Source of the DNA: Microgenomates group bacterium
GTDB taxonomy: Bacteria > Patescibacteriota > Microgenomatia > PFEM01 > JBNASD01
Assembly (NCBI GenBank): GCA_049720225.1
Contig: JBNASD010000002.1
Coordinates: 1,622-65,621 of the forward strand
Direction of reading: 5' to 3'
DNA length: 64,000 nucleotides
Each line of letters opens with the position of its first letter. Within the stretch, counting starts at the first letter, position 1. Shown here in pieces: positions 18,784 to 28,023 of the stretch. The position numbers and the translations under genes were made by a program. The notes beneath the pieces were generated by a model. It saw only the letters and a program-made list of their open reading frames with translations, had not been told where the DNA came from and did not search any database.

Positions 18784-20017
18784 TGGTTGTTTTTATTTTA
18801 TTTCTTTTGTCAATCCAAATCAAGCCCAAGATTATGGTTAATAAAAGCTGATTTTGTTGAAGTGTGAGCCAATAATGATCAAAAAAACCTAATAATAAAA
18901 TAGTGTTTAAGCTAGTTAATAGTAAAGAAGAAAAAACAAAAACTCGGCGATAGGTAAAAAACAAAAAACAGAAAAAGAAAACCAAACCAATAATTCCTGC
19001 TTCGCTAGCAATCAATAAATAAATATTGTGAACTGGCTGAAGCCATAAAGTAGAGCTTTGCCAAAATTCTGGCAAATAAACAATAAAATTATTTAAGCCA
19101 ACTCCTATTAAAGGAGATTGTTTAATTAATTGGACTGCCACCTTTGCTAAATTCCAACGGTAAAAAAATGATTCTGAGGAAAAATTTATTAATTTAATTA
19201 AATAAACCAAAACAAAAATAAGTAAAAATAATAGCAAAAACCTTAAAGTTATTTTTTTAACTTTTTTTAAAATGAACCAAAATAAAAGCAAAATCCCTCC
19301 TAACCACGCGGAACGAGAGAAAGTTATAATTAAAGAAACCCCCGCTAATATTAAATAGCAAATGGCAAATATTTTATTTTTTCTAATTAAAAAAGGGAAA
19401 GTTAAAATTAAGCTAACTAATAAAAAACCAGCTAGGGAATTAGGATGGGAAAAAGTAGCATAGGGTCTAAGAAAAAGTCGTCCTTCAATATCAATTTTAG
19501 CAATTCCCGGAGTAGCAAGATTAAAAGTTCTTTCTCCTAACCACCAAAAAATTCCTCCTAATGAGGATTGTTTTATAAATTGGCCAATGGCAATTAAAGA
19601 GGAATAAACCACAGAAATAATTAACCCGTAATTCACTAACTCTAATCCATCAATGTTTTTTACTACATACATCCCTAAAAGAAAAAATTCTAAAATTTTG
19701 AAAAATTTATAAAAAGCAACAGGAGAATTTTTTGCTAATAAACAATTAACCAACAAAAACAAAAGAAAGAAAAGAAAAAACAGAAATCTATTTGAAATTT
19801 TTAATCTAAATTTACAATTTCTAATCTTCAATTTAAAATCTTCAAAACCCCAAAAAAGAAAAATTAAAAAAACCAAAATATCAGTTAAATAAATAGTAGG
19901 GGATAAATAATCTACTCTTAAACCCCAAACATAACTCCATTCTGGCCAAAAATGACGCCCTATTTGTAAAGGAAGCAAGCCTAACAGTAACAAAAAGAGT
20001 TTTTGATGAATAACCAT
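18719..20017 (-). CDS. O-antigen ligase/Wzy_C family polytopic membrane protein
   Basis: RPYATFSHPNSLAG, TFSRSAW, GVGLNNF, PVHNIYLLIASEAG. Confidence 0.88.
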   Translation of the reverse strand: MVIHQKLFLLLLGLLPLQIGRHFWPEWSYVWGLRVDYLSPTIYLTDILVFLIFLFWGFEDFKLKIRNCKFRLKISNRFLFFLFFLLFLLVNCLLAKNSPVAFYKFFKILEFFLLGMYVVKNIDGLELVNYGLIISVVYSSLIAIGQFIKQSSLGGIFWWLGERTFNLATPGIAKIDIEGRLFLRPYATFSHPNSLAGFLLVSLILTFPFLIRKNKIFAICYLILAGVSLIITFSRSAWLGGILLLFWFILKKVKKITLRFLLLFLLIFVLVYLIKLINFSSESFFYRWNLAKVAVQLIKQSPLIGVGLNNFIVYLPEFWQSSTLWLQPVHNIYLLIASEAGIIGLVFFFCFLFFTYRRVFVFSSLLLTSLNTILLLGFFDHYWLTLQQNQLLLTIILGLIWIDKRNKIKTTNENYQSSYRRRRLRHKISSRY

Positions 20018-20473
20018 CTATTTTTTAGGCTTAACCACTACTCTTCTTTCTTTTCCTTCTCCTTGAGATTCTGTCTCTACTCCTTCCTCATTAGCCAAAA
20101 CTAAATGAATTATTTTTCTTTCAAAAGCGGGCATCGGCGGAAGAACTTCTTCCTTTCTGGAAAATCTTACTTTCCGAGCCGCTGATAATGCCATTCTTTT
20201 AAGAACCTCTTCTCTTTTTTGGCGATAATCATTAACATCAACTAAAATTTTTATCTTTTCTTTAATTTTTTTAAAAAGAACTACCGACAAAAACGTTTGT
20301 AAAGAGTTTAAGGTTTTTCCATGATAACCAATCAAAAGACCGGGGGCTTCTGTATGAAGATTTATTTTATAACCTTCGTTATTTTCTTCCACCTCTATCG
20401 TTGCAGGAACTTCCAGAATATCCAAAACCTCCTCCGTTACTTCTTTAATTAATTTATTTTCTTCTAAATTCAT
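20018..20473 (-). CDS. jag: RNA-binding protein Jag/KhpB (KH + R3H, no Jag_N domain)
   Basis: LLIGYHGKTL KH motif; ERKIIH R3H motif; follows yidC. Confidence 0.92.
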   Translation of the reverse strand: MNLEENKLIKEVTEEVLDILEVPATIEVEENNEGYKINLHTEAPGLLIGYHGKTLNSLQTFLSVVLFKKIKEKIKILVDVNDYRQKREEVLKRMALSAARKVRFSRKEEVLPPMPAFERKIIHLVLANEEGVETESQGEGKERRVVVKPKK

Positions 20474-21254
20474 TTCTTTTTTCAGATAATTTTATCATTA
20501 AAATTTGTTGAATTAAAGTAAACAACGAAAAAACAAACCAATATAAAACCAACCCTGAGGGAAAAGAATAACCAATAAAAATAGTCATTAGAGGAAAAAG
20601 ATAAAGCATTTGTTTTTGCATTGCTACCGTTAAATCGTCCTCTATTCCTGAAGTTTCTTTTGCCTCTTCCGAAGCTTTTTTCACCGTTGGTTGCATTATT
20701 TTTGAACTTACAAACTGAATTAAAGCGGCAGACAAAAGAAGAAAACCAGGAAGAGGAAGTTTTAAATCTGGTAAATAAAAAACGTCTGGTTTTGCCAAAT
20801 CAAGGTATAAAAACCGCGTATTAATCACCGTTTCCGAAGAAAGTCTTAAAAAAGGGTATAAAACTTGATTAATTTTTTCAATAATATCTCCATCTTGAAC
20901 TAAAACTTTAGCAAAGGCTTGATAAAGAGCAATTAAAATAATCAACTGAATAATCTGGGGAAGACAACCAGCCGCCGGATTTATTCCTTTCTGTCGATAA
21001 AGTTCCAATTGGGCTTTGGCAAATTGTTGTCTGTCGTTTTTATACTTTTCTTTTAGTTTTTCCAGTTCTGGAGCTAATTCTTTCATTTTTTGAACAGCTT
21101 TTAAAGAGGGGAGAGTAAGGGGAATTAATAAACTGCGAATAATAATTGTCAAAGCAATAATTGCAAGCCCTAAATTATTAAATAAAACCTGGTATAAAAA
21201 AATTAGGGCATTTAAAATCGGTTGAAACAAAAAAAGATACCAAAGTTCTCTCAT
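20454..21254 (-). CDS. yidC: Membrane protein insertase YidC (short, monoderm type)
   Basis: AIIALTIIIR, GINPAAGCLP, PSGLVLYW. Confidence 0.95.
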   Translation of the reverse strand: MRELWYLFLFQPILNALIFLYQVLFNNLGLAIIALTIIIRSLLIPLTLPSLKAVQKMKELAPELEKLKEKYKNDRQQFAKAQLELYRQKGINPAAGCLPQIIQLIILIALYQAFAKVLVQDGDIIEKINQVLYPFLRLSSETVINTRFLYLDLAKPDVFYLPDLKLPLPGFLLLSAALIQFVSSKIMQPTVKKASEEAKETSGIEDDLTVAMQKQMLYLFPLMTIFIGYSFPSGLVLYWFVFSLFTLIQQILMIKLSEKRNEFRRK

Positions 21255-21497
21255 TTATGGTACTGGATCTTCTCCTCCTTTATTAAAAGGATGACAGCGA
21301 ATAATTCTTTTTCCCGCTAACCATCCTCCTTGGATTATACCATACTTTAAAATTGCCTGACGGGCATATTCGGAACAAGTAGGTCGAAAACGACAAAAAG
21401 GTTGATCGTTTAAAAGAAAAAATTTAAAAATTAAATATTTAAAATTTTCCAATAACTGATAAGTTTTAACTAAAAACAAAACTAAAAATTTTATCAT
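21255..21497 (-). CDS. yidD: Membrane protein insertion efficiency factor YidD
   Basis: [18 protein letters not shown]. Confidence 0.95.
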   Translation of the reverse strand: MIKFLVLFLVKTYQLLENFKYLIFKFFLLNDQPFCRFRPTCSEYARQAILKYGIIQGGWLAGKRIIRCHPFNKGGEDPVP

Positions 21498-21839
21498 TTA
21501 AAGCCACCCCTTACTTTTTAAAAATAATTCTACCTCTCTTTTGATTGTCCAAAAGTCTTTTTCTAAAATTTCTTTTTTTGCTAAAAAAACTCCCCTAATC
21601 CCTTTTTTTATCTCCGGTAAAAAACCACGAATAACTGCCGCTAAAATTCTTTTAATTCTGTTTCTTTTACTCGCTTTTTTTTCTATTTTTTTCGAAACAA
21701 TAATCGCAAATTGAGGGGGAAAATTTTCTTTTTCTTCTAACAACAAAAAGTTAAAAAGAAAGCTACTAAAAAATTCCCTTTTTCTTTTTTGAAAAACTTG
21801 TTCTCTTTTAAGATTAATTCTGTTTTTTAAAGGAAGCAC
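21498..21839 (-). CDS. rnpA: Ribonuclease P protein component
   Basis: IVSKKIEKKASKRNRIKR (RNR motif); conserved gene order. Confidence 0.9.
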   Translation of the reverse strand: MLPLKNRINLKREQVFQKRKREFFSSFLFNFLLLEEKENFPPQFAIIVSKKIEKKASKRNRIKRILAAVIRGFLPEIKKGIRGVFLAKKEILEKDFWTIKREVELFLKSKGWL

Positions 21840-21849
21840 TTTTAAAAAA

Positions 21850-21987
21850 CTAAACAGTTAATTTTTTCCTTCCTTTTTTTCTTCTTCTTTTAATTACATT
21901 TTGACCGGCTTTGGTTTTCATTCTTGCCCGAAAGCCATGCACTTTTTTTCTTCTTAATTTTTTAGGTTGCCAGGTTCTCTTCGGCAT
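21850..21987 (-). CDS. rpmH: 50S ribosomal protein L34
   Basis: Manual translation [45 protein letters not shown]; below the ORF-track cutoff. Confidence 0.97.
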   Translation of the reverse strand: MPKRTWQPKKLRRKKVHGFRARMKTKAGQNVIKRRRKKGRKKLTV

Positions 21988-22026
21988 AGCTTTAAATTAT
22001 AACTAATTTTATTATTCTTGACAAAT

Positions 22027-22035
22027 TGTGGATAA
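22027..22035 (-). promoter_or_regulatory. Perfect DnaA box upstream of dnaA
   Basis: TGTGGATAA (reverse complement TTATCCACA), next to a TTGACA -35 element. Confidence 0.85.
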
Positions 22036-22067
22036 CTTGGTAGATTAAAACCAATGCCCCCTTTAAA

Positions 22068-23435
22068 ATGAATAAAGATCGTCTTTGGCAAACTGCTTTA
22101 GAAAATTTAAAAATTTCACTTTCGCCAGCCAGTTTTAATACTTGGTTTTCTCAAACTTTTATTGTTAATATTAAAGTTCAAGAAGAAAAAAGACAAATCA
22201 TTGAGATTGGCTGCCCTAATGCTTTTGTTAGCCAAACGATTGAAAACCGTTATTATGGCTTAATCAAAGATATTCTTGACAAACTTACCGATAAAAAAAC
22301 CAGTTTAGTTTTTTTAGTTCGGCAAAAACCAAAAACAACTAAAATCACCAACGAAAAACCTGCTCCTCTTTTTGAAAAACCAGAAGAAAAATCAGAAGTA
22401 AAAGAAGCGATTCGAAAGGCGGGATTACGAGAAGATTTTACTTTTGATAACTTTGCAGTTTCTTCCACTAACCAAATGGCTTATGCCGCTGCCCAAGCGG
22501 TGGTTAAATCCCCCGGAAAAGCTTACAACCCTTTATTTCTTTATGGGGGAGTGGGGGTAGGAAAAACTCATTTAATGCAAGCAATCGGTAATGCTATTTT
22601 AGTAAAAAATCCGAAAACAAAATTAGTCTATTGTACTGGCGAAGAATTTACTAATGAAATTGTGGAGGCAATTAGACAAAAAACTACCGATGAATTTAAA
22701 AGGAAATATCGCAATATTAAAGTTTTGTTGGTTGACGATATTCAATTTATTGCCGGACGAGAAAAAGTTCAGGAAGAATTCTTTCATACTTTTAATGCTT
22801 TATGGAAGGTAGGGGGACAAATTGTCCTTACTTCTGATCGTCCTCCTCAAGAAATAAGCCGGTTGGAAGCAAGACTACGCTCTCGATTTGAGGGGGGATT
22901 AATTGTGGATATTCAAGAACCAGATTTTGAATTAAGAACCGCTATTTTACTTATTAAAGCCCAGCAAAGAAATCTCAATCTTCCCATGGATATTGCTCAA
23001 TTAATTGCCGGAAATATTACCTCCACTCGAGGATTGGAGGGTTTTTTGGCAAAATTAATTAATGAAACCGAAACCAAAAAAATCCCCATTACTCAAGAAT
23101 TAGTCACCGCTTTGTTGGGAAACGTTAATGGTCTTTCTCCTCAAAAATATGTTAAACCAAAAGAAATGATTTCTACTGTAGCTTCCCATTTTAATTTAAA
23201 AGTTTCTGAACTTTTAGGGTCGCGAAGAACAAAAACAATTGCCCTCGCTCGCCAAGTTTTAATGTATCTTTTAAGAACTGATTTAAAACTTCCTTTAGAA
23301 GAAATTGGAAAAATTTTAGGAGGGCGAGACCACTCCACAATTATTCATGGTGTGGAAAAAATTACTAATCTCTTGCCTGAGTCTGAGGATTTACGAGTGG
23401 ACATTATGGGGATAAGAAAAAAACTTTATGGATAA
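22068..23435 (+). CDS. dnaA: Chromosomal replication initiator DnaA
   Basis: YNPLFLYGGVGVGKTHL, DDIQF, RLRSRF, GGRDHSTIIH. Confidence 0.99.
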   Translation: MNKDRLWQTALENLKISLSPASFNTWFSQTFIVNIKVQEEKRQIIEIGCPNAFVSQTIENRYYGLIKDILDKLTDKKTSLVFLVRQKPKTTKITNEKPAPLFEKPEEKSEVKEAIRKAGLREDFTFDNFAVSSTNQMAYAAAQAVVKSPGKAYNPLFLYGGVGVGKTHLMQAIGNAILVKNPKTKLVYCTGEEFTNEIVEAIRQKTTDEFKRKYRNIKVLLVDDIQFIAGREKVQEEFFHTFNALWKVGGQIVLTSDRPPQEISRLEARLRSRFEGGLIVDIQEPDFELRTAILLIKAQQRNLNLPMDIAQLIAGNITSTRGLEGFLAKLINETETKKIPITQELVTALLGNVNGLSPQKYVKPKEMISTVASHFNLKVSELLGSRRTKTIALARQVLMYLLRTDLKLPLEEIGKILGGRDHSTIIHGVEKITNLLPESEDLRVDIMGIRKKLYG

Positions 23436-23652
23436 CTTTTTTAAAAAATTTTTTTAAATCAACTTATCAACAAAAAACTTAACTTTGTTAACATCTAAAA
23501 TCTATTAAATAAAGCTGGAAAAATTAAACTAACTTTTTAAACTTTTCACTTATCCACAAAACTACTAATACTAAATTAAGAAATAAAAGTTTATTTTTTG
23601 GGGGGGAATTTAATTATTGCGTCTTTAAATTTTTTTTGTTAGGATTTAAGTA
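23407..23652 (+). other. Probable oriC with DnaA boxes and DnaA-trios
   Basis: One-mismatch boxes at 23407-23415, 23427-23435 and 23464-23472; perfect TTATCCACA at 23550-23558 followed by CTACTAATACTA; very AT-rich. Confidence 0.85.
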
Positions 23653-24777
23653 ATGAAAGCAATTGTTCTTCAAGAAAATTTTTTAAAGGGGCTTTCTTTG
23701 GTCAGTCGGGCAGTTTCTTCTAAAAGCCAACTTCCTGTTTTAAGTAATATTTTAATTACCACCGAAAAAGGTCAACTAAAACTTTCTGCTACTAATTTAG
23801 AAACGGGAATAAATTATTGGTTAGGAGCAAAAATTGAAAAAGAAGGAGCAATTTGTGTTTCCGCGAAAAATTTAACGGAATTTGTTTCTTTTCTTCCTCC
23901 GGAAAAAATAGAATTGGAGGTAAAAGAAAATTCTTTAAGTTTAAAATCAGGAAATTATTCAGCTAGTTTTGTTGGTTTATCACCAAGCGAGTTTCCTTTA
24001 TTGCCAACAGTAGACTTAAAAGGGATTTTTTCTTTTGATTATCAAAAAATGGCAGAAGCAATTAATCAACTTTTTTTTGCTGCCTCAACCGACGAATCAA
24101 GGCCAGTACTTACGGGAATTTTGTTTCAAATTAAAGATGGTGACTTAATTCTGGTAGCAACCGATGGTTATCGTCTTTCATTTAAAAAAATTGAAAAATT
24201 AAAAGGGTTGGAAAAATTAAAAGAAATTAAAGAAAAAATAATTATTCCGGCAAAATCTTTAGTGGAGGTAATTAGAGTTTTAGAAGAAGAAAAAGAAGGA
24301 AAAATTAATTTAGATTTAATTTCTTCTTCTACTCAGGTAGTTTTTTCTTCCGCGCACGCTCAGGTAATTTCCCGGTTAATTGAAGGAGATTTTCCTGATT
24401 TTGAAAGAATTATTCCTTCTTCTTACAATACCAAAATAATTTTAGAAAAAGAAGATTTTTTAAGAGCAGTTCGGAGCGCGGCAATTTTTGCTCGAGAATC
24501 GGCTAATGTCGTTAAATTAAAAATTAAAAAAGGAGAATTAAAAATTAGTGCCAATGCTCCTCAGGTAGGAGAAAACTTGGTGAACTTAGAAGTCTCTCAA
24601 GAAGGAGAGGATAATAATATTGCTTTTAACGTTCGTTATCTTTTAGATTTCTTAAATTCTACTTCAGCAAAAAAGATTGTTTTTGAGACTTCAGGAGCTT
24701 TAAATCCCGGCGTTTTTAAACCAGAAGATGATTCTTCTTATCTTCATTTAATTATGCCGGTTAGGGTACAGGAGTAG
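23653..24777 (+). CDS. dnaN: DNA polymerase III beta clamp
   Basis: LPVLSNIL, ATNLE, SRPVLTG, VATDGYRL, LIMPVR. Confidence 0.98.
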   Translation: MKAIVLQENFLKGLSLVSRAVSSKSQLPVLSNILITTEKGQLKLSATNLETGINYWLGAKIEKEGAICVSAKNLTEFVSFLPPEKIELEVKENSLSLKSGNYSASFVGLSPSEFPLLPTVDLKGIFSFDYQKMAEAINQLFFAASTDESRPVLTGILFQIKDGDLILVATDGYRLSFKKIEKLKGLEKLKEIKEKIIIPAKSLVEVIRVLEEEKEGKINLDLISSSTQVVFSSAHAQVISRLIEGDFPDFERIIPSSYNTKIILEKEDFLRAVRSAAIFARESANVVKLKIKKGELKISANAPQVGENLVNLEVSQEGEDNNIAFNVRYLLDFLNSTSAKKIVFETSGALNPGVFKPEDDSSYLHLIMPVRVQE

Positions 24778-25231
24778 GGGAGGAAACATAACGATAATCG
24801 ATTTTATGTGTTTGAGGATCTATCCCTAAAGAAGATATCCAGTCTAAAACTTCTTTTTCAATAAGGTTTTTGTCAATTTTATTTTTTATTTTAACTTCAA
24901 GATGTAAAGGAGCAATATAATCAACTAAAAAATTTTGAGTTTCATAAGGAAGATATTCTATTAAAGGAAACTTTATTTTTAGGGAATCTAAAATAGTTTG
25001 AGGGTTATCTCCTTTTCCCTCGGGAGAGAACGTGGGCGAAGGAGTCATTTTTTCTAAAATGGTAGGAGTGGGGGTAAAAGCGGAGAAGGGAGTGGGAGTT
25101 AAAGAGAGAGAGGGAAAAAAGGGAGAAGGAGTTGTTTTTTGATTAGCTATTATTTTCAAAAAAAATAGGATAGAAGCGATAAAAGAAAGACCTAAAATTA
25201 AAAAAAATAAGTTTTTTTTGTTTTTTTTCAT
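24761..25231 (-). CDS. Membrane-anchored hypothetical protein with Pro/Thr linker (last gene of the T4SS-like operon)
   Basis: N-terminal TM, TPTP repeats, small C-terminal domain; 4-bp overlap with the upstream gene. Confidence 0.75.
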   Translation of the reverse strand: MKKNKKNLFFLILGLSFIASILFFLKIIANQKTTPSPFFPSLSLTPTPFSAFTPTPTILEKMTPSPTFSPEGKGDNPQTILDSLKIKFPLIEYLPYETQNFLVDYIAPLHLEVKIKNKIDKNLIEKEVLDWISSLGIDPQTHKIDYRYVSSPTPVP

Positions 25232-27963
25232 TGTGGTCTTAAAAATCCGTCAAAATAAACCGGGTTGATTTTAGTTATTTTAATTAATCCGTTTTGATCA
25301 CCAAAAGCCTGCGCCAACCAAATTAAATTATCTTCTTTATTAACAATGATTCCAATATGGCCATATTCTCCCCCCCTTATTACCGCTAAATCTCCAATTG
25401 TCGCTTGTTTGGGATCATTAATTATTATATAACCAGAAGGAAGATTATCAAGATAATCTTTAGCATGTCTTCCACCGCCAGGATCCCTTCCTAAGGCAGC
25501 CATTATCCCTCTTACAAAACCTACACACTGAAGACCCGGTCCGACATTAAAAACAGAATAATGAAATTGCTCAATAATGATTGTTTTAACTTCCTCAGAA
25601 AGATCACTAGCTCGAATACAATTTTCTGTGTCTTCCCATGTGGAAGAATTTACATAATCAATTCCGCATTGATTAAGAATCCAGATAACACTTTCCGCTA
25701 AATGCCCAGCAACACTTGGATCACGAGGAGAAACTGCCGTACCAATATAAGATGGGGTAGTTCCTTTTCCTTCTTCTAAAAAAGCTCCTCCAACGGTAAT
25801 AATGGTTAAAAGAGAAACGCCAGTAATTGCTCCGATACTTCCTGTTGTGGCAATTACCGGTAAGAAAGAGGGAATAGAAATCGAAGATAAAGAAGAAAGA
25901 AATCCGCTAATAGTATTTCCTATTCCCATTAAAAAAGATCCCAATTTTCCTGCCAGAAAACCTAAAAAAGGAGTTCCTTTGCTTAAAATTCCCAATAATA
26001 AAGAAAGAATACCCGCAGTAATTAAAGTTGGCCCTAAGAATGTTCCTAAAGGAAGAAAAAATCCCAATAAAATTAAAGAGGAACCAAAAATAATTCCAAT
26101 CTCAGGAGATTCTTTTATTTTTTTAAAGAACTTTTTAAAAAGAGACGGAAGAGAAGTTAAAATAAAAGTCACTATTCCCCCAAGTGGGGTAGAAAAAAAA
26201 CTAACAATTGTCGAAAGACCGACTTTAATTCCTAATTTTTTAACCCCCCAACTTCCTATTTTGGTTAAAATTTTTATTGCCCCCTGACCTAATAATTTTC
26301 CTATTTTAGTGTTTTTAAAAAACTTCCAAAAAGCCCTTTTTATTTGATAAAAACTTTTTATTTTTCCAAAAGTTAAAATTTTAATTAAAGGATTTTCGGG
26401 AATTTTAATTTTTTGGGTGACGAATTTAATTAAAAAAGACGGTTTTAAGAAAGAAGGAGAATAAAACCTACTAAAAATCTTAAGATAAAAAGGCGATTCT
26501 TGGAAAATAGCTTTTTGGATATTCTTCCAAAACAAAAGCCGCGAACTTTGGGGGTAAATATTTTCAAGGGAAACAACTATTTCTTCTACTATTTTGGGAG
26601 TAAATCCCTTAGCTAAATAAACTAACCCCAAATGTTGTTCTTGATATTCTTGGGGAGCTAAACTAATTAAACCCTGCAGTGGTTTTACTACTAAAGAAAG
26701 AAGAAAGCGTTGAGGGGTAGGTTTAAATTTTAAGAAAAAGAAAGAGACTTTTTCTAAACCTTCTTTGGTGCTCCATGAAGTTACTTTTTGGATGATTCTT
26801 TTTGCAGAAGAAATAAGTCCTTCTGGAGGAACGAAAGGTAAAAGCTCTTCTTCTAAAAAATTTCCTAATTTTTCTGGACCTATAAACTGAGAAAATTTTG
26901 AATGAAAATCAAAAATCCGATTAGTAATTTTTTGAACAAGGATTTTAATTTCTTCAGGAGGTTTTTTTAAGGATAGTTCTTTAATTTCAGAAAAAACAGC
27001 TTCTCTCCACCTTTCTAAGTCTTCCTCAATTAAAATTAAAGCAGGCTCTATTTGTTGAAGAATTTCTTGAGCTACTTCCGGAATTTTTGGGTGAGATAAA
27101 GAAATAGAATCTAAAATTTCTACTAATTTTTGGGAACTTTTTTGGGGAGAACGGGTGGAAATTTCTCCGGTTTTAATTTTTTCGATAATAGCAGAAACTA
27201 TTTTTTGATTAATTTGAGTAATTTCTTCTTGGGATAGGTCATATTTTTTTAAAGATAAATCAACGCCTTGAGATAGATAAGAAAAAAGAGAAGAGGAAAT
27301 TAAAGAGGAGACTGTTATTGGTCGAGAAACAACGGCAACCTTTGCGGCAAGTGGATAGGTAGCGGTAGTGATTTCATCAACAACTTCCTGAGGAGAAAAG
27401 GAAGGAAGGAGTGATTTTAAAACAGGAATAATTATTTCTTCTTTATACCTTTCTAGAGGAGGTTCTCTCTTAAAAAAAGAAGAACTTATTGTTGAGGTAA
27501 TTTTTTCTATACATTCTCTAGCAATTTTTAAAGAAAATATCCTGGCTGTTAACGGGTTAAGTCTTCTTTTTTCAAGAATTTCTTTAATTCTTTGTCGATA
27601 TTCTTGAAAAGAAGAATCAAATCCTAAGACATTTTCTTGGTTTTCTAGATATTCTTCATAAGCCTTTACAATTTCTTGAAGATTTTCTGGTAAATTTCTT
27701 GGAGAGGAAGTTTCTTGAATTAATATTTCATTAATTTTTAAATAAACCCTTTTTAAAAAATCAGGGTCTTTTGGATCAAGTTCTGGAAAAAAATTGGCTA
27801 AATAAAACAAAAGATCAGAAGGTTTTTCTATTTTTATTTTTAATTTTTCTAAAAAAATTTTTATTTCTGGTTGTTGAGAAACTTCCTCAAAAGGTTCTCC
27901 AAAAAGAAGAGTAAAAACTAAAAACTGAAGAATTTGATAAAACTTTTTTTGCTCTTCAGTCAT
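25228..27963 (-). CDS. Large membrane protein with C-terminal CHAP (peptidoglycan hydrolase) domain
   Basis: LQCVGFV (Cys) and GEYGHIGIIV (His) CHAP dyad; several Gly-rich hydrophobic segments; long helical N-terminus. Confidence 0.75.
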   Translation of the reverse strand: MTEEQKKFYQILQFLVFTLLFGEPFEEVSQQPEIKIFLEKLKIKIEKPSDLLFYLANFFPELDPKDPDFLKRVYLKINEILIQETSSPRNLPENLQEIVKAYEEYLENQENVLGFDSSFQEYRQRIKEILEKRRLNPLTARIFSLKIARECIEKITSTISSSFFKREPPLERYKEEIIIPVLKSLLPSFSPQEVVDEITTATYPLAAKVAVVSRPITVSSLISSSLFSYLSQGVDLSLKKYDLSQEEITQINQKIVSAIIEKIKTGEISTRSPQKSSQKLVEILDSISLSHPKIPEVAQEILQQIEPALILIEEDLERWREAVFSEIKELSLKKPPEEIKILVQKITNRIFDFHSKFSQFIGPEKLGNFLEEELLPFVPPEGLISSAKRIIQKVTSWSTKEGLEKVSFFFLKFKPTPQRFLLSLVVKPLQGLISLAPQEYQEQHLGLVYLAKGFTPKIVEEIVVSLENIYPQSSRLLFWKNIQKAIFQESPFYLKIFSRFYSPSFLKPSFLIKFVTQKIKIPENPLIKILTFGKIKSFYQIKRAFWKFFKNTKIGKLLGQGAIKILTKIGSWGVKKLGIKVGLSTIVSFFSTPLGGIVTFILTSLPSLFKKFFKKIKESPEIGIIFGSSLILLGFFLPLGTFLGPTLITAGILSLLLGILSKGTPFLGFLAGKLGSFLMGIGNTISGFLSSLSSISIPSFLPVIATTGSIGAITGVSLLTIITVGGAFLEEGKGTTPSYIGTAVSPRDPSVAGHLAESVIWILNQCGIDYVNSSTWEDTENCIRASDLSEEVKTIIIEQFHYSVFNVGPGLQCVGFVRGIMAALGRDPGGGRHAKDYLDNLPSGYIIINDPKQATIGDLAVIRGGEYGHIGIIVNKEDNLIWLAQAFGDQNGLIKITKINPVYFDGFLRPQ

Positions 27964-28023
27964 AATTTAATGATACAGTAAAATTTTTTACAAAACAAAC
28001 CTAAAAGAAGTTTTATAAATTTT

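Noticed and set aside
25802-26287. 161-aa Lys/Pro/Ile-rich plus-strand ORF, and similar short antisense ORFs (e.g. 4287-4616, 29051-29359, 37686-38048, 50260-50640, 62092-62436)
   Set aside because: These are shadows of hydrophobic or conserved genes on the opposite strand, with no motifs or start signals.
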